Source: Camelus dromedarius
Taxonomy: Eukaryota
Direction: 5' to 3'
Length of the DNA stretch: 64,000 nt
Assembly: GCF_036321535.1 (NCBI RefSeq)
Contig: NC_087437.1
Coordinates: 34,536,001 to 34,600,000 of the forward strand
The notes below the pieces were generated by a model that saw nothing but the letters and a program-made list of their open reading frames with translations, searched no databases and was not told the origin of the DNA. Made by a program: the position numbers and the translations under genes. Positions 38,224-51,171 of this stretch are shown piece by piece (within the stretch, counting starts at the first letter, position 1; each line of letters starts with the position of its first letter).

Positions 38224-39967
38224 CCCATGGTGGAATGGAAATGTAAGTTCAGTCTTGACAGAGGGATGGCGTTTGGCTAGGCAGATAGGAGACAGTGTAC
38301 ATTTCAGACAAAGGCAGCATCTTGGGCAAAGGCCCAGAGGCAGGACAGGTAGAGAGACAGGCCTGAGAGAGGGGTGTGTTCTGGAGAGAACTAGGGAAGA
38401 AGACTGAATAGGCAGGTGGGGCTAGAGATCCAGGCAGAGCTCAGGGTAGGTTTAGTAAGACACTGGAAGGCGGTGAAGGTTTTAGAGAGATTAAAGTCCT
38501 GCTTCGGACAGACTAGTTGGCTGACAGAGTGTGCAGGATGGCTTGACAGTGGAGGCCACCCAGCAGGCTGCTCTGGAAATTCAGATCTGTGCCAGCCAGG
38601 AAATTCTGCCCTATAACCTGACATCTGTCTGATTCACAGTCTAGTCATCCCTAGATATTACCTCAGTGTGTCTGGGTGAGCTAGGCCACATCATGTTCTG
38701 CTTCCTTTCTTATATTTAAACTGTCTAAAAATCACTTTCATTTACTTGCAATATTCTACATGTAATTGCTCAAACTGATTTAAAAAGCTTACCTTTTTAA
38801 GCTTAAAAATCTACTCTTCCCGTTTCACAGTATTTGTTACTGTTTCTAAACCAGCCTTCGGTGTCTTTGTACCACCTCACTTTCTCAGCCCTCCTAGCCT
38901 TTCTTTCCAGCCTCAGTAAACTTTTCTCCCTCCTTTGATAATCTAAACCTAAATTATCTTTACATTCTTTTTCCACCTGGCTTATTTTAGAGGCATCTTT
39001 TGCCTAATGATCAAACTCACTAAAATACACAGTGACAGATGGTCCCACCACCCCAATGTTGCTTCCACTTAATGATTCCACATATATGATTCATAGATAA
39101 TCTCAGAATAAGAACAGGATATTTTCCTCATTTGGATAAGGGAATATGAGCTCTGTTCCTGATGTTATATGTATAACCACATTTCTTTTCTCTAAGTCAT
39201 ACTGGTGAAACACAAAACAACAGAGTGTAGTTCAGTCTTCACCAGCAAAATATGGAGCTCCCAGGCCTCAGATCCTTCACAGACAGTAGGGTTTTTGCTT
39301 CAGAGGGTGTCTGCCTGGCTCCTGGCACCCTCACTTCCTTCCCTCATTTCCCTGTGGTTCCCACTGCTCTGACATCCCCCTCACTCCCAAATAGGCCTAT
39401 TCTTGGTTGCTCCTTAGTTCAATCCTTAATGGTTGTCATGCCCCCCTTCTCTCCCAGCTTACCCTCTTCCTGGGCCCCAAAGCAGATGTGCTTTTTGTTC
39501 TGTACTTTTCAGGGGCTCTGTTCTTCATTACTACCTCTTTCCAGAAACAAAGCATGAGCCTGGAGCCTGGGCTGAACTGCAATCCCAGAGACACCTCACT
39601 GGGCTGCCTCAGAGCCATTCTCTCCCTCTGATCTCCTCCTGTGCACCCAGATGAGTGTGTGTGCGCTTCAGAGACAAACAGAATCATGAATTACACGGCA
39701 AAATTTCTATAGCTGACTTCATAAAATTTGGGCAGTTTTACCACAGTTTCTACAACTGTAAAATTCTGTCTTCAGTAATTCGGAAATGACGGGGAGGTAC
39801 ATTTCCCCACCCATCCTGTTTCTTACTCCTTCCCTCAGTACTTATATATGTAGCCTCAATGTGTTCAGGAATAGGGTTTCTGAAATTCTCATTCAAAACC
39901 AGGTGAAACTCTCAGCACCTCAAGCACCATCAAAATATCTAAATTCCCAGTGTATACAAATTAGGTC

Positions 39968-40470
39968 CCATTCATTCATTCAAAATGTATTTTTGAGCAT
40001 CTACTCTGTGCCAGGCATTCTTCTTAGCGCTTGGCTGATAGCAGGCAGACAAAAATCTCTGCTCTCAGAGAATGTATGTATAAACAAACATTTCAGACAA
40101 TGACACGTGCCATGAAGAAAAGAACACATGGCAACATGATAATGATGGGAATGGTGAGGGAGGCCTCTCTGAAGAGTGACTGATCTGAGACCACCATGAC
40201 GAGAAAGAGGCAGCCTAGGCAAAGAGTGCTACAAGCAGGAGGAAGGTGAAGTGTAAAGCTGGGAGTGGGAGGGCTAGTGAGCCCAGAATGTAATGGACAT
40301 GAGGGACAAGGAATGAAGAGAGTGATGGGGTGTGAGATAAGAGAGGCAGGTAGGGGTCATATCGTACAGGGACTTGTAGGCCCAGGTAAGGAGGTTGAAT
40401 TTTATCTGAGTACTACAGGAAGCCACTACAGAGTTTAACTAGTGGAAGATCTAGTGGAAAATCCATTGTA
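39968..40470 (-). mobile_element. L2 3' end
   Basis: CATTCATTCATTCAAAATGTATTTTTGAGCATCTACTCTGTGCCAGGCA is the reverse L2 tail; it appears to resume at ~41525 and ~42080. Confidence 0.8.
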
Positions 40471-40499
40471 AATTTTTTCTTTTTTTTATCAGTGTTTTT

Positions 40500-41512
40500 G
40501 AAAATTGAGATATGATTTATATAACATAAGTTACCATTTTAAAGTGGTAACTTTTAAAGTTTAAACCATTTAAAGTTTAAACTTTAAGGTTTAAAGTTTA
40601 AACCATTCACTGGTTTTTAGCAGTTCATGAGTACAACCACCACCAGTAGTTCCAGAACATTTCCATCACCCCATAAAGAAATCCCTGTTAGCAGTTACTC
40701 CCCCTGCCTCTTTCCCCAGCCCTAGGCAAAAAATAGTCTGGCTTTGGTCTTTACGGACCTGCCTGATATAAACAGAATGAGATAGCCTATTGTGTCTAAC
40801 TTCTTTCACACAGCACAATGTTATCAAGGTCATCCATGCTGTAGCATGTAACAGTACTTCATTCCTTTTTATGGCAAAATGATATTCCATTATATATATC
40901 CCCCACGTTGTGTTTATCCATTCATCCATTAATGGACATTTGGGGTGTTTCACTTTTTTTTTATGAATAATGCTGCTATGAACATTTCTATGTTGCACAA
41001 GTTTTTCTAAGAATATAGGCTTTCATTTCTCTTGGTTATATACCTGTATGAATATATGCTTTCTTTTCTCTTTTGTAGAATTGCAAGGTCATGTGATAAT
41101 TTTGTTTAAATTTTGAGGAACTGCCAAATTATTTTCCAAAGTTGCTGCACCACTTTTATAACTACCAGCAATATATGAGGATTCCAATTTCTCTACATCC
41201 TTGCCAACACCTATTATTTTCAGTTTTTATGATTCTAATGGGTCTTAATATGGTTTTGATTTGCATTCCCCTAATAACTAATGATGTTGAGAGTCATTTC
41301 ATGTGCTTATTGGCTATTTGTATATCTGCTTCAGAGAATGTCTGTCCAAGTCCTTTGCCAATTTTAAAATTGCGTTATTGGTCTCTTTATTGTTGAGTTG
41401 TAAGAGTTCTTTATATATTCAGGATACTTGGCCCTTATCAGACAAATGATTTGCAAAAACTTTCTCCCATTCTATGGGTTCTTTTCAATTTCTTGATAGT
41501 GTCCTTTGTTTG
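40500..41512 (-). mobile_element. L1 (L1MB-like) 3' fragment
   Basis: Minus ORF 40666-40998 resembles the ORF2 C-terminus (HPKCPLMDEWINTTWGIYIMEYHFAIKRNE). Confidence 0.85.
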
Positions 41513-41581
41513 ACCTTACATAAGTTTTTAAAAGATCATTCTGGCAGTTATATGAAAGGGGTGGGGTGGAGGATTGAATGG

Positions 41582-42074
41582 TATAACCATGGAACCAGCC
41601 CCAAACTGGTACTATCTTGTTTCTAACAAGATACTGAATTGTTTTTCAGAGACAACACGAAAAAAAAAAACAAAACACAAGTCATGTGGCTGAAGCATGT
41701 CAGAACCAAAATTTCTCCTCCCCACGGAACCAAAGGACGGAGACATGAACAGAACCTTAATGCTGGAACCCTTTCAGAGTGAAGAGTCCATTGCCCAGAA
41801 AGATCTGGTGCTGAAGTCCCTTTACTATCCTTACCACAAATGGCCAAGTGCCAAAGCCCTCCCATATAAACCTGCCCCGCCAGCGCTTCTGCATACCAAC
41901 CCTCTTCTCCTAACTCATAAAAGTTTGACCAAACCCCATATCAGGGAGACAAATTTGAGAGACTTGCCTCCTGTCTCCTTGCTGGCCAATCGCAATAAAT
42001 CTTTCTTTTCTCAAAAGCCAGTACAATGTATTGGCTTCTATGTGCATGGGGCAGCAAGCCCTTATTTGGTAACA
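41582..42074 (+). mobile_element. ERV1 solo LTR (MER39/MER34-like)
   Basis: T(A)TAACC...GAACCAGCCCCAAACTGG start, CATAAAA, GCAATAAA poly(A) signal, GGTAACA end; 4-bp flanks ATGG/ATGA. Confidence 0.75.
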
Positions 42075-42675
42075 ATGATGGCCGGGAAATGAGTCAGGAA
42101 CTATCATAGTGATCCAGCCAAGAGATGTTATTGGCTTGGATATTAGACAAGGTTCTGGCTTTAAAGTATTATTGCCCGCTCTAGGTAGGTAGTGTTAGGT
42201 CAGCTGTCTGAATTTTGTTCCACTCTATATTGGTTTGCACTCAGAGAGAAAATTATGACACAGCTAACATTAATGGGGCTTGTCTGCAGACTCAAGAATC
42301 AGCCCTGCTATGTGGCGCTGGATTTGTTACACAAGTTCTAATCATGGCTTTAGATTTTGGAGATCCAAACTGCAAATCTCATCCATAAAAAAAACCAGTA
42401 AATTTTATTAATACACTCATACACAGGAATGGAAGCTCTTAAGGTAAGGAGAACATGCCATTCTCTTAGGTTGAGGTAGAAAAACAACTCAAAGGCCTGT
42501 TTCCTGGAGCTTCCATCCCCAACAACAAGATGTTCTCAGGAAATCAAGGAGGAATTGGGGTGGATTGAAAGTTGTGCTTCCTTTTGATTCTGAGTTAAGG
42601 AAGTGGAAGACTGAAATCAAAGTAAAGGAGGACAAAATGATTAGCTGGAGGGAGAGTAGAATTTTCTTAGGAAAC

Positions 42676-43036
42676 TCTCTTAGTCTGTTCAGGCTGCTTT
42701 AACAAAATACAGTAGGCTGGATGGTTTATAAATAAAAGAAATTTATTTCTCATGGTTCTAGAAGCTGAGAATTCCAAGATGAAGGCACTTGCAGACTCAG
42801 AGTCTGTGAGAGCCCATTTATTGGTTCATAGATGTCCATCTTCTCACTGTAACCTCACATGGTGGGAAGGGCAATGAGCTCTCTGGCATCTCTTTTATAT
42901 GGACACTAATCCCATTCATGAGAGCACTACCCTCATGACCTAAGCATGTACCAAAGACCCTACCTCCAAAGCCATCTCATTGGGTATTAGTATACAGCAT
43001 AAATTTGGGGAGGGCACAAACATTCAGTTTGCAGTA
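42676..43036 (-). mobile_element. MaLR solo LTR (MLT1A-like)
   Basis: TCTTAGTCTGTTCAGGCTGCTTTAACAAAATAC...GAAATTTATTTCTCATGGTTCTAGAAG...CACAAACATTCAG. Confidence 0.85.
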
Positions 43037-43239
43037 GAAACAGAATGAGTGCTTAGTGAAGAGACTGGACATACAGGAAGGTCAGCATGAGCTCTTGGAG
43101 ACAAGGATGGATAGACACAAAAAGGAAAGGGAGTGGACTCAGCTCTAACTATTCACAAAGAGGGTATTAGAGAAGGTGAAGATGCTTTAATTATTACTAG
43201 TTCAGGAGTAGTGACTGGGCTTATTAAAGCACAAATGAA

Positions 43240-43340
43240 GGGAGGATGGTAATAGCTCAATGGTAGAGCTGCATGCTTAGCATGCACAAGGTCCTGGGTT
43301 CAATCCCCAGTATCTCCATTAAAAAAAATAAAATAAAAGA
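43240..43340 (+). mobile_element. vic-1-type tRNA SINE (short tail)
   Basis: TAGCTCAATGGTAGAG A-box, CTTAGCA anticodon loop, GGTTCAATCCCC B-box, A-tail. Confidence 0.85.
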
Positions 43341-43519
43341 GGTAAGAACTCTGACTGATTCATTTCCCTTGCTTGCAAGAAGCCAGATCCAGGAGCATAC
43401 TGAGAGACTCTTCTGAAAGGAGCAGATGAAGAATCCATAGTAAGGCAACTGAGGAACTATCTTTTGAAGGCTGGGGTAATTATACCAAGTGGTCACAAAG
43501 AATTTGAACAGATTTGAAA

Positions 43520-45690
43520 AGGGATGACCAGGAAGATAAGCGTAAAATACTCAAATAATTGGTATATGGGTTAGATTTAGAGACAGACAGTTATTGCAGG
43601 TGGCAAGCAAGTTTTGCCTGTATGTTGAGGGCATATGTCAGGGAAATGTATGGAATTGGCATTCTAAGGGAGGGCACAGCAGGGATGAAAAATAAAAATG
43701 GAGAGCCAGGCATAAAAATAATCAGCTGAGTCAAGGCTCAGACTGGTTAGTTTGATTGGGTAATATCTTCCAGGTGGGACTATCCTACACAGGTAGGAGA
43801 AGGTGGCCAAGTTGAACTGTGTACATTTTAGTAGCCTTAGAATTTATTGATTTCATATCTCTCACTAAGGTGGACCCTTACATAGCAAAAACCTAGAGGA
43901 ATATGCTAAAAAAAAATCTCTTTTCTAAGCCAAAAGGCAAAGAGAAAATAAAAGAAGGAAGGCACTCAATCTAGCCCTATGTGTGTTAGAAGAGTAAAGG
44001 AACCAATTTAAGAAATAGGTTAAACTTTTATAAATTCAACTGAGTCATTCTGGAAGGCACAGGGTAACGGCAGAGGGGAATGAAACACCAGAGGCACGTA
44101 CTAGTACTTCAATTAATGATGCCCTGGACATAAGTTCTACCTAAGGCCTGGGATATTTGAAAGTGGAGGAAAGACAGTGAATCAAGGAGCCCGTCAGAGA
44201 GAAATAGATTCCCACAGACCACGAGAAACACAAGCTCTGAAGCATTAACAGTAATTCAGTTCAGGAATCTGCTAAGAGTAATTCTTCAGCTGAATCAAAT
44301 ATGACAACTAGGTGAAAATCTCTTTCCTAGACAGATTTCATAGTTCTAAGGATTTTACAGCAAGAGGCAATGGAAGCATCCTCTGTGTTCCAGGACCGAA
44401 ATGGCCTGCTCATGTACTGCTGATGAGGCCCACATTCAGTTCAGCACCAGGATGCCACAAACATGGAACTCAAGGGGAAAACGGAAAATTATAGAGATTA
44501 TGAATAAGCAGAAAGGTGAGAGCACATCAAATAAAGCCTAGTGATTTGGGCTGTCCCCAATGCAAATCTCTAACTTTGCAAGAAGACTGTAATGTCTCAA
44601 ATGCTACTATCTTAGAAAGGAGGCTATGTGCATATCCCCATTACTAACCCCACTCTGTCATATGTAAATATATTGTGTCAAAATTAATTAGTAGGTGGGA
44701 GATTGATCCCAATTCAGTGTAAATTCAGGGTTGTAGACTTCAGATAACTAGCCTAAACTCACTGGCATCATGAAAAGTTTAAACCAAGTTATTTCTTGAG
44801 CTTACCTCCTTTGTCCAGTACCACTGAATCTCTGTCAGGGTCTTTGGTAACACTACCTCTGGGCTCTGGAAACAGAGTTCTACTTATGATTTCAAGACTG
44901 AGTTGTTTTCTAGATTTGGTGGGTCGGGGGCCAGTGCTGGGAGAGTCTATTGTGTTCTGGTAAAAGCTGGAGTCTTTAAACACAGGACACATTGGAGATG
45001 CATTCAGCATGTACCCTAATACATATTAGGAACTATAACCACTGTAAAGAAGATAGCCCAGGTTGTAGCTGCCAAAGATACCCCAGCTCTACCTGGCAGC
45101 AAAGGCCCTTTGAGTTAAAGAGTAGGCAAAAATAAGAATTCAGAGAAGATGAAGTATGGACTTTAATTTGGATCTTTAACTCACAAGTGCAAGAGAATGT
45201 AATTTTGGATTTTAATTCTTTTGACCTCTAAAATCTTTGGACCAATTTGCATGGAATTTAACTTTAATTTCCTCCCAGGAAAATACATTTAAAAAGGCAG
45301 TTAAACTTCAGATTTGGGACTTTGTATGTTGATAACATTTTTACAATTGGAATGTTTGTTGTTATTTTATCCCATTGCCTAACCTTTGATGAGCTATATT
45401 GGACAATGTAGCTGGATGTACTTTGGGAAGAGAAATAGAATAGAGAAAGAATTTCTATTCTTGTATGCCAGTTTTAGAATTAGTTTAATTAATATATTAT
45501 TCTGACCCATTTTAGAGCCTCCTGGATTTAAAAATAAAACACTCACCCACCAGCATCTCAGAAGAGCTGTGGCTGGTGTTGGGGGTACCATCTTTTGAAA
45601 ATAGGACCAAGATTGCCCAGGTAGATTATAAACCTTGTATCCTAAGGAGGGTAGCCACAGCAATAGTTAATGGCTAAGCTTAATGGGGTA
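43520..45690. mobile_element. Probable ancient LTR-element remnants (family uncertain)
   Basis: LTR-like composition, including AAAAATAAAACACTCACCCACCAG near 45530; no confident family match. Confidence 0.3.
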
Positions 45691-46008
45691 AGAGAACAAA
45701 AATCTGGGGAATGTTGGAGGAGGGGAATCTCCATTCCTGTGACTTCTTGCTCAACTTCCTAGTCTTTTCTCATCATCATTCACTCCTCCAAGGACTTGTC
45801 AGACTTACAGCCAGCACAGACAGTGCTGGACAACATCAGCAGGCTCTTCCACCCTCTCCCTCCTTCTTGCTTTTGGAGAGCTGCCTGTCTGCTGCACATG
45901 TGTATTCTGTCCTGCTCCTCCACACTGTAAGTCTTGTAGGACTAGCACTCTGCCATGCACGGGGAGGTCTGCGGTGGCCCACATGACCTGTGATTGGGTA
46001 AGAAGGCT

Positions 46009-47675
46009 ACATAAAATTTATGGGATACGGCAAAAGCAGTCCCACGAAGGAGGTTCATAACGATACAGGCCTTCCTCAAAAAAGAAGAACAATCTCAAGT
46101 AAAAAACCTAACCTATCACCTAAAAGAGGTAGAAGAAGAAGATCAAACAAAACCAAAAGTCAGCAAAGGGAAGGAAATAATAAAATACTGAGGAAAAAAA
46201 TCTGACCAAGAAGGTAAAAGACTTATATACATGGAGAACTACAAAACATTGATTAAGGAAATTAAAGATGACCTCAAGAAATGGAAAGATATCTCATGCT
46301 CTTGGATTGGAAGAGTCATATTGTTAAAAAGGTCATACCGCCCAAGGCAATCTACAGACTTAATGTGATTCCTATCAAAGTACCTAGAACATTTTCCACA
46401 GAACTAGAACACATAGTCCTAAAATTTATGTGGAATCACAAAAGACCCAGAATTGCCAAAGGAATATTGAAGAAAAAGAACAAAGCTGGAGGAATAACCC
46501 TCCCAGACGTTAGACAATACTACAGAGCCACAGTAATCAAAACAGCATGGTACTGGCATAAAAACAGATATATGCATCAATGGAACCGAATAGGGAGTCC
46601 AGAAATAAACCCACAGACCTACAGTCAATTAATCTTCAACAAAGTAGGCAAGAACATACAATGGAGAAAAGACAGTCTCTTCAGCAAGTGGTGTTGGGAA
46701 AACCAGATAGTAGCATGTAAATCAATGAAGTTAGAACACTCCCTCACACCCTACACAAAAGTAAACTCAAAATGGCTTATAGACTTAAATACAAGACAAG
46801 ACATGATAAACCTCCTAGGAAAAAACATAGGCAAAACATTCTATGATATAAATTGTTAGCAATGTTCTCTTAGGGCAGTCTACCCAGGCAATAGAAATAA
46901 AAGTAAAAATTAACAAATAGGACCTAATTAAACTTACAAGCTTTTGCACAGCAAAGGAAACCATAAGCAAAACAAAATGACAACCTATGGAATGGGAGAA
47001 AATCTTTGCAAATGATGTGACTGACAAAGGCTTAATTTTCAGAATATATAAACAGCTCATACAACTTAATAAGAACAACAAAAAAAACCCAATCCAAAAA
47101 TGCGCAGAAGACCTAAATAAACAATTCTCCAGTGAAGACATACAAATAGCCAATAGGCACATGAAAAAATGCTCCATATCACTAATTATCAGAGAAATGT
47201 AAATCAAAACTATAATGAGGTATCATCTCACACCAGTCAGAATGGCCATTGTTCAAAAGTCCATGAATGATAAATGCTGGAGAGGGTGTGGAGAAAAGGG
47301 AACCCTCCTATACTGCTGATGGGAATGTAGTTTGGTGCAGCCATTATGGAAAACAGTATGGAGATTCCATTATGGAAAACAGTAAATAGACTTACCATAT
47401 GATCCAGCATATATCTAATTTGAAAAGATACATGCACCCCAATGTTCATAGCAGCACTATATACAATAGCCAAGACATGGAAGCAACCTAAACGTCCATG
47501 ACAGATGACTGGATAAAGAAGATGTGGTATATTTATACAATGGAATACTACTCGGCCATAAAAAAGAATAAAATAATGCCATTTGCAGCAACACGGATGG
47601 ACCTAGAGAGACTGCCATTCTAAGTGAAGTAAGCCTGAAAGAGCCAGAATGTTATCACTCATATATGGAATCTTT

Positions 47676-47706
<31 letters not shown>

Positions 47707-48032
47707 AAACTATGAACTCACCTGCAAAACAGAAACAGATTCACAGACATAGTAAACAATCTTATGGTTACTAGGAAAGGGGGTGGGAAGGGATAAATTT
47801 GGGAGTTTGAGATTTACAAATGTTAGCCACTATATATAAAAAATAGATTTAAAAAAGTTTCTGCTGTATAGCACAGGGAACTATACTCAGTAACATGTAA
47901 TAACCTTTAATGAAAAAGAATATGAAAATGAATATATGTATGTATATGCATGACTGGGACATTGTGCTGTACACCAGAAACTGACACACTGTAACCGACT
48001 ATAATTAAAAAAATTAAAAATAAAAATAAAGA
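46009..48032 (+). mobile_element. Young L1 with an internal RT deletion (ORF2 relic plus 3'UTR)
   Basis: ORF 46281-46859 is L1 ORF2 ([42 protein letters not shown]). A-tail; TSD AAGAAGGCT at 46000-46008 and 48033-48041. Confidence 0.95.
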
Positions 48033-48259
48033 AAGAAGGCTGACTGGCTGTGGGTTCACAGTATTAGGATGTGTACACCTGCTAGTAGAAGAATAAGCTA
48101 TCAATATTAGCTCTATGACTGATAAAGGTGTTATTTTGATCTCTATTTGTGTGACTTCTGTGTTTACCTTTGATTCATTCTTAAATGGATCTGGGAACTC
48201 TAAGTGCCAATTCAACCCTCTCTAACGCCAAGTGTTAAAATCACTATAAAATTTTGGAA

Positions 48260-48740
48260 ATAGAACTGACAGGGCTTGCTGATTAATCAGGTGTGGGGTG
48301 TGAAGGAAAATGGTAAATCAAAGATGATTCCTTGGTTTCTCGCTTGAGTGACTAGAGAAAGAGTAGTGCTATTTAATGACACAGAAGCCCAATTCTGAGA
48401 TTAGAGGCATACATGTAGTGAGGTATACATGACTAGTATGTGTTGAGGGAGGCTGTACATGTGGTGAGTGATTTAGTGGAGCGGGGTGCACTATACATAT
48501 AGTGAGAATGACTTAGTAAATGGGGGATGGCTTGGAGGCCAAGAGAGTAAGTAGGAGGTGAGTGAGCCATAAGGGCTTCAAGTATGGTACTGAGAACCGA
48601 GAAAGGGGTTACTGTGGAAGACATTTAGGAGGTAGAAGCAACAGAACTTGGTGACCAGTTTGACATGGTTAGAGCAATGAAGAGGGAGAGTCAAGAGCAA
48701 CTCCAAGGTTTCACATTTATGAACTTGCCCATCTAAGAAA
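48260..48740 (-). mobile_element. L2 fragments
   Basis: AGGAGGTAGAAGCAACAGAACTTGGTGACCAGTTTGA...GGGAGAGTCAAGAGCAACTCCAAGGTTTC. Confidence 0.6.
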
Positions 48741-48989
48741 AATTTTTGGTAGTGACAAAAAAATATGTTAATTGTATAGATCCTGCCACTTAAAAATGAG
48801 AACTCTTTTAGCCACAGTGAAGACATGCAGGGTATAGGGAAAGAAAAATGAAAAGATTAACTTCTCAAGAGCCTAAGTCTCCTATTCAAAAGATAAAAAG
48901 AAAAAAGCTACCCCAACACCTTAGAAGCAGCAGCTAAGAGTAATCCTTTTGATTGAAGTGGTCTTCCTTTTAGATGTGATATACTGCAT

Positions 48990-49192
48990 CAGGGGTCGGC
49001 AAACTTTTTCTATAAAGAGCCAGATAGTAAATATTTTAGGTTTTGTGGACCATAAAGTTACTGTTGTAACTACTCAACTTAGCTGTTGGAGAGCAAAAGC
49101 AGTGATAGACAATAATGGGCATGGCTATGTCCAAAAAACTTTACTGGGATGGAATTGACTCATAGACTGTAGCCACAGTTTGTCAACCTCCG
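48990..49192. mobile_element. MER58A-like hAT-Charlie MITE
   Basis: TIRs CAGGGGTCGGCAAACT / AGTTTGTCAACCTCCG; internal CCAGATAGTAAATATTTTAGG. Confidence 0.85.
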
Positions 49193-51171
49193 TAACTTCC
49201 TAAGACCTTTTGTGTATGAAGAGATTGCCTTTCCTTCAACTCTTTGTGGAGGACAATGGCTAGTCCCAAGACTAATTAATAAAAGAGGACCTTGCAATGT
49301 TACACAGGGTTGGGAGAAAACTGGTGCTCATTTGATTGACAAGGTCGTAAGTTAGAGTAGCAAGGGTGATATGACTCCCATATATATTAACCATATGATG
49401 CAAGATGTCTGAATTTTTAAGTGGGTTGGTCAAAGCAGAGACAGAAAAGAAACTAAATAGAAAGCAAACCTCTACAGCCCATGTCCTTCTGACCACATCT
49501 CCACTTCAGGATCTAAACTTTCTGTTTTCTCCTATCTAGCAGCCAGAACAGGTGGAAGAAAGCAATTGTGACTCATAGCCAGAGGCAGGGACTGAGAGAA
49601 TCTCCAGGTCACAAGAGACCAAAGACTTGCTAATGTTGGGAAAAGACCACTCCTAGAGGAGGAAAGTGGGGACTATCTAGGGCAGAACAGAAGTAAGTGA
49701 AAGCACAGAGAGGATGGGGGAGAAGGGCATGGTGCGATGAGAGACAAATGGTCTATGAGGACACTTCCCATTGCCAAAGACATCCATTGGGCATACCCTC
49801 AAGGTCAGGTCAGTGAGGTCTGTGCTCATGGACCATGCTCAGAGATGAATCAGATTGACAAGGAGGGCAGTGGTGAACTTCTTTCCTCTACCAGACTCAC
49901 ACAGTTTGGAATCTGTGCAATGCTTGAACTGAGAATTATTTGACTCCCTGTTCTGTATAGTGTGTGTATACGTATGTGTGTGTGTGTTCACTTAGCCAGA
50001 GAAGGGACATCGATCACCACCCAGCAATACCAGTCAAACAGAGACACTGAATGATATAAATGAGAACAAGAGAAGCCAAGAAAATTTCAAAGAGACGTTA
50101 GTCTTAAATGATTAAAACCATACAGCTGGAAAGGACTATGTATGAGAGAGTATCTGAACTTGTCTTTAGAAAGACTAGGTCTTTAGACCTAGAAAGGTAG
50201 TTTTTCTTAATGATGTGCCTGATAAAAGACCAGGTATTCTCTCTCAATAATCCATTCCAGTATTTTTTCATTCTGGTAGTCTGGCAGTACTTTTTTATGT
50301 CCAATAGAAATCTCTCTTACTTTAATCCCAAGTTCTCTTATTTGATCTTTTCTACTACAGACAAAACAAAACAAAGCCAATCTTTCAAAAACCCTTTAGT
50401 CTTTAAGACAGAGTAAAGGATCATTTATTAGGGTGTTTGAACACTGGGAACATTCAAACAACAGAATTACGATGATGATTTCCTCTGCCAGGGCTGGCCC
50501 AGTGCCCCAGATCACTCAGTGCAGAGTGGTGCTGATTATAATAGACAGAAAATAAACTTGTCAGTGGCTATTTCAGGTAAAGAATCTCATACATTTTATG
50601 GAATAAAGGTCATTTACTACTGAGGAGAAAAAAAAAAACTACTGTTGTACAGGCATTTGAAAAGGAAAAGGGCTGCAAAAACAAGCAGACATTGATGAAT
50701 CTGTTCAAATGAGTTTTGTGTTCACGTTTCCTTTAGTTTTACCCAAAGCAATTTCAACAAATCCTGTTAGCAATTTTCTCACACTTCTCTCTGCAGACCA
50801 TCAAGAATTTCACAATAAGTAAATGTGATTTGCTTTTTTTATTCTTACATGCTGCTTTTGGGGAGGTTATCTTAATAAAACTCATATGCATCACAAATTC
50901 TTTTTTTATATTGTGAGAACTGAAACGCATAACCTATCTGTTGTTTTTAAGATCATTAACTATTTAGGGTTTTCACAATGAATTACATTTTTGTTGTTGT
51001 TTTTGCTTTCAGGTAAACCCAGATATTGTTACTCAGTGAAACATGACAACTCCTTAATCTGTGGTTATTTGATTTACTTTTATTAGATAAAATGTTCTGT
51101 AATCATACAAGGCTTTCAAATGTATATATTTATTTATTTTGATCATTAAGCACATCCCATTTTAGACACCA

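Noticed and set aside
38003..38407. 134-aa K/R/E-rich ORF
   Set aside because: Translation of a purine microsatellite
41697..42092. 131-aa ORF
   Set aside because: Lies almost entirely within an ERV1 LTR
43240..43318. tRNA-Ala(AGC) gene (and the similar heads at 12103, 23532, 29225, 54870, 57999)
   Set aside because: A-rich tails, SINE-specific 3' sequence, TSDs in most copies and disrupted stems mark them as SINEs
46281..46859. Longest ORF (192 aa) as a functional gene
   Set aside because: It is an L1 ORF2 fragment in a truncated, RT-deleted, frameshifted copy
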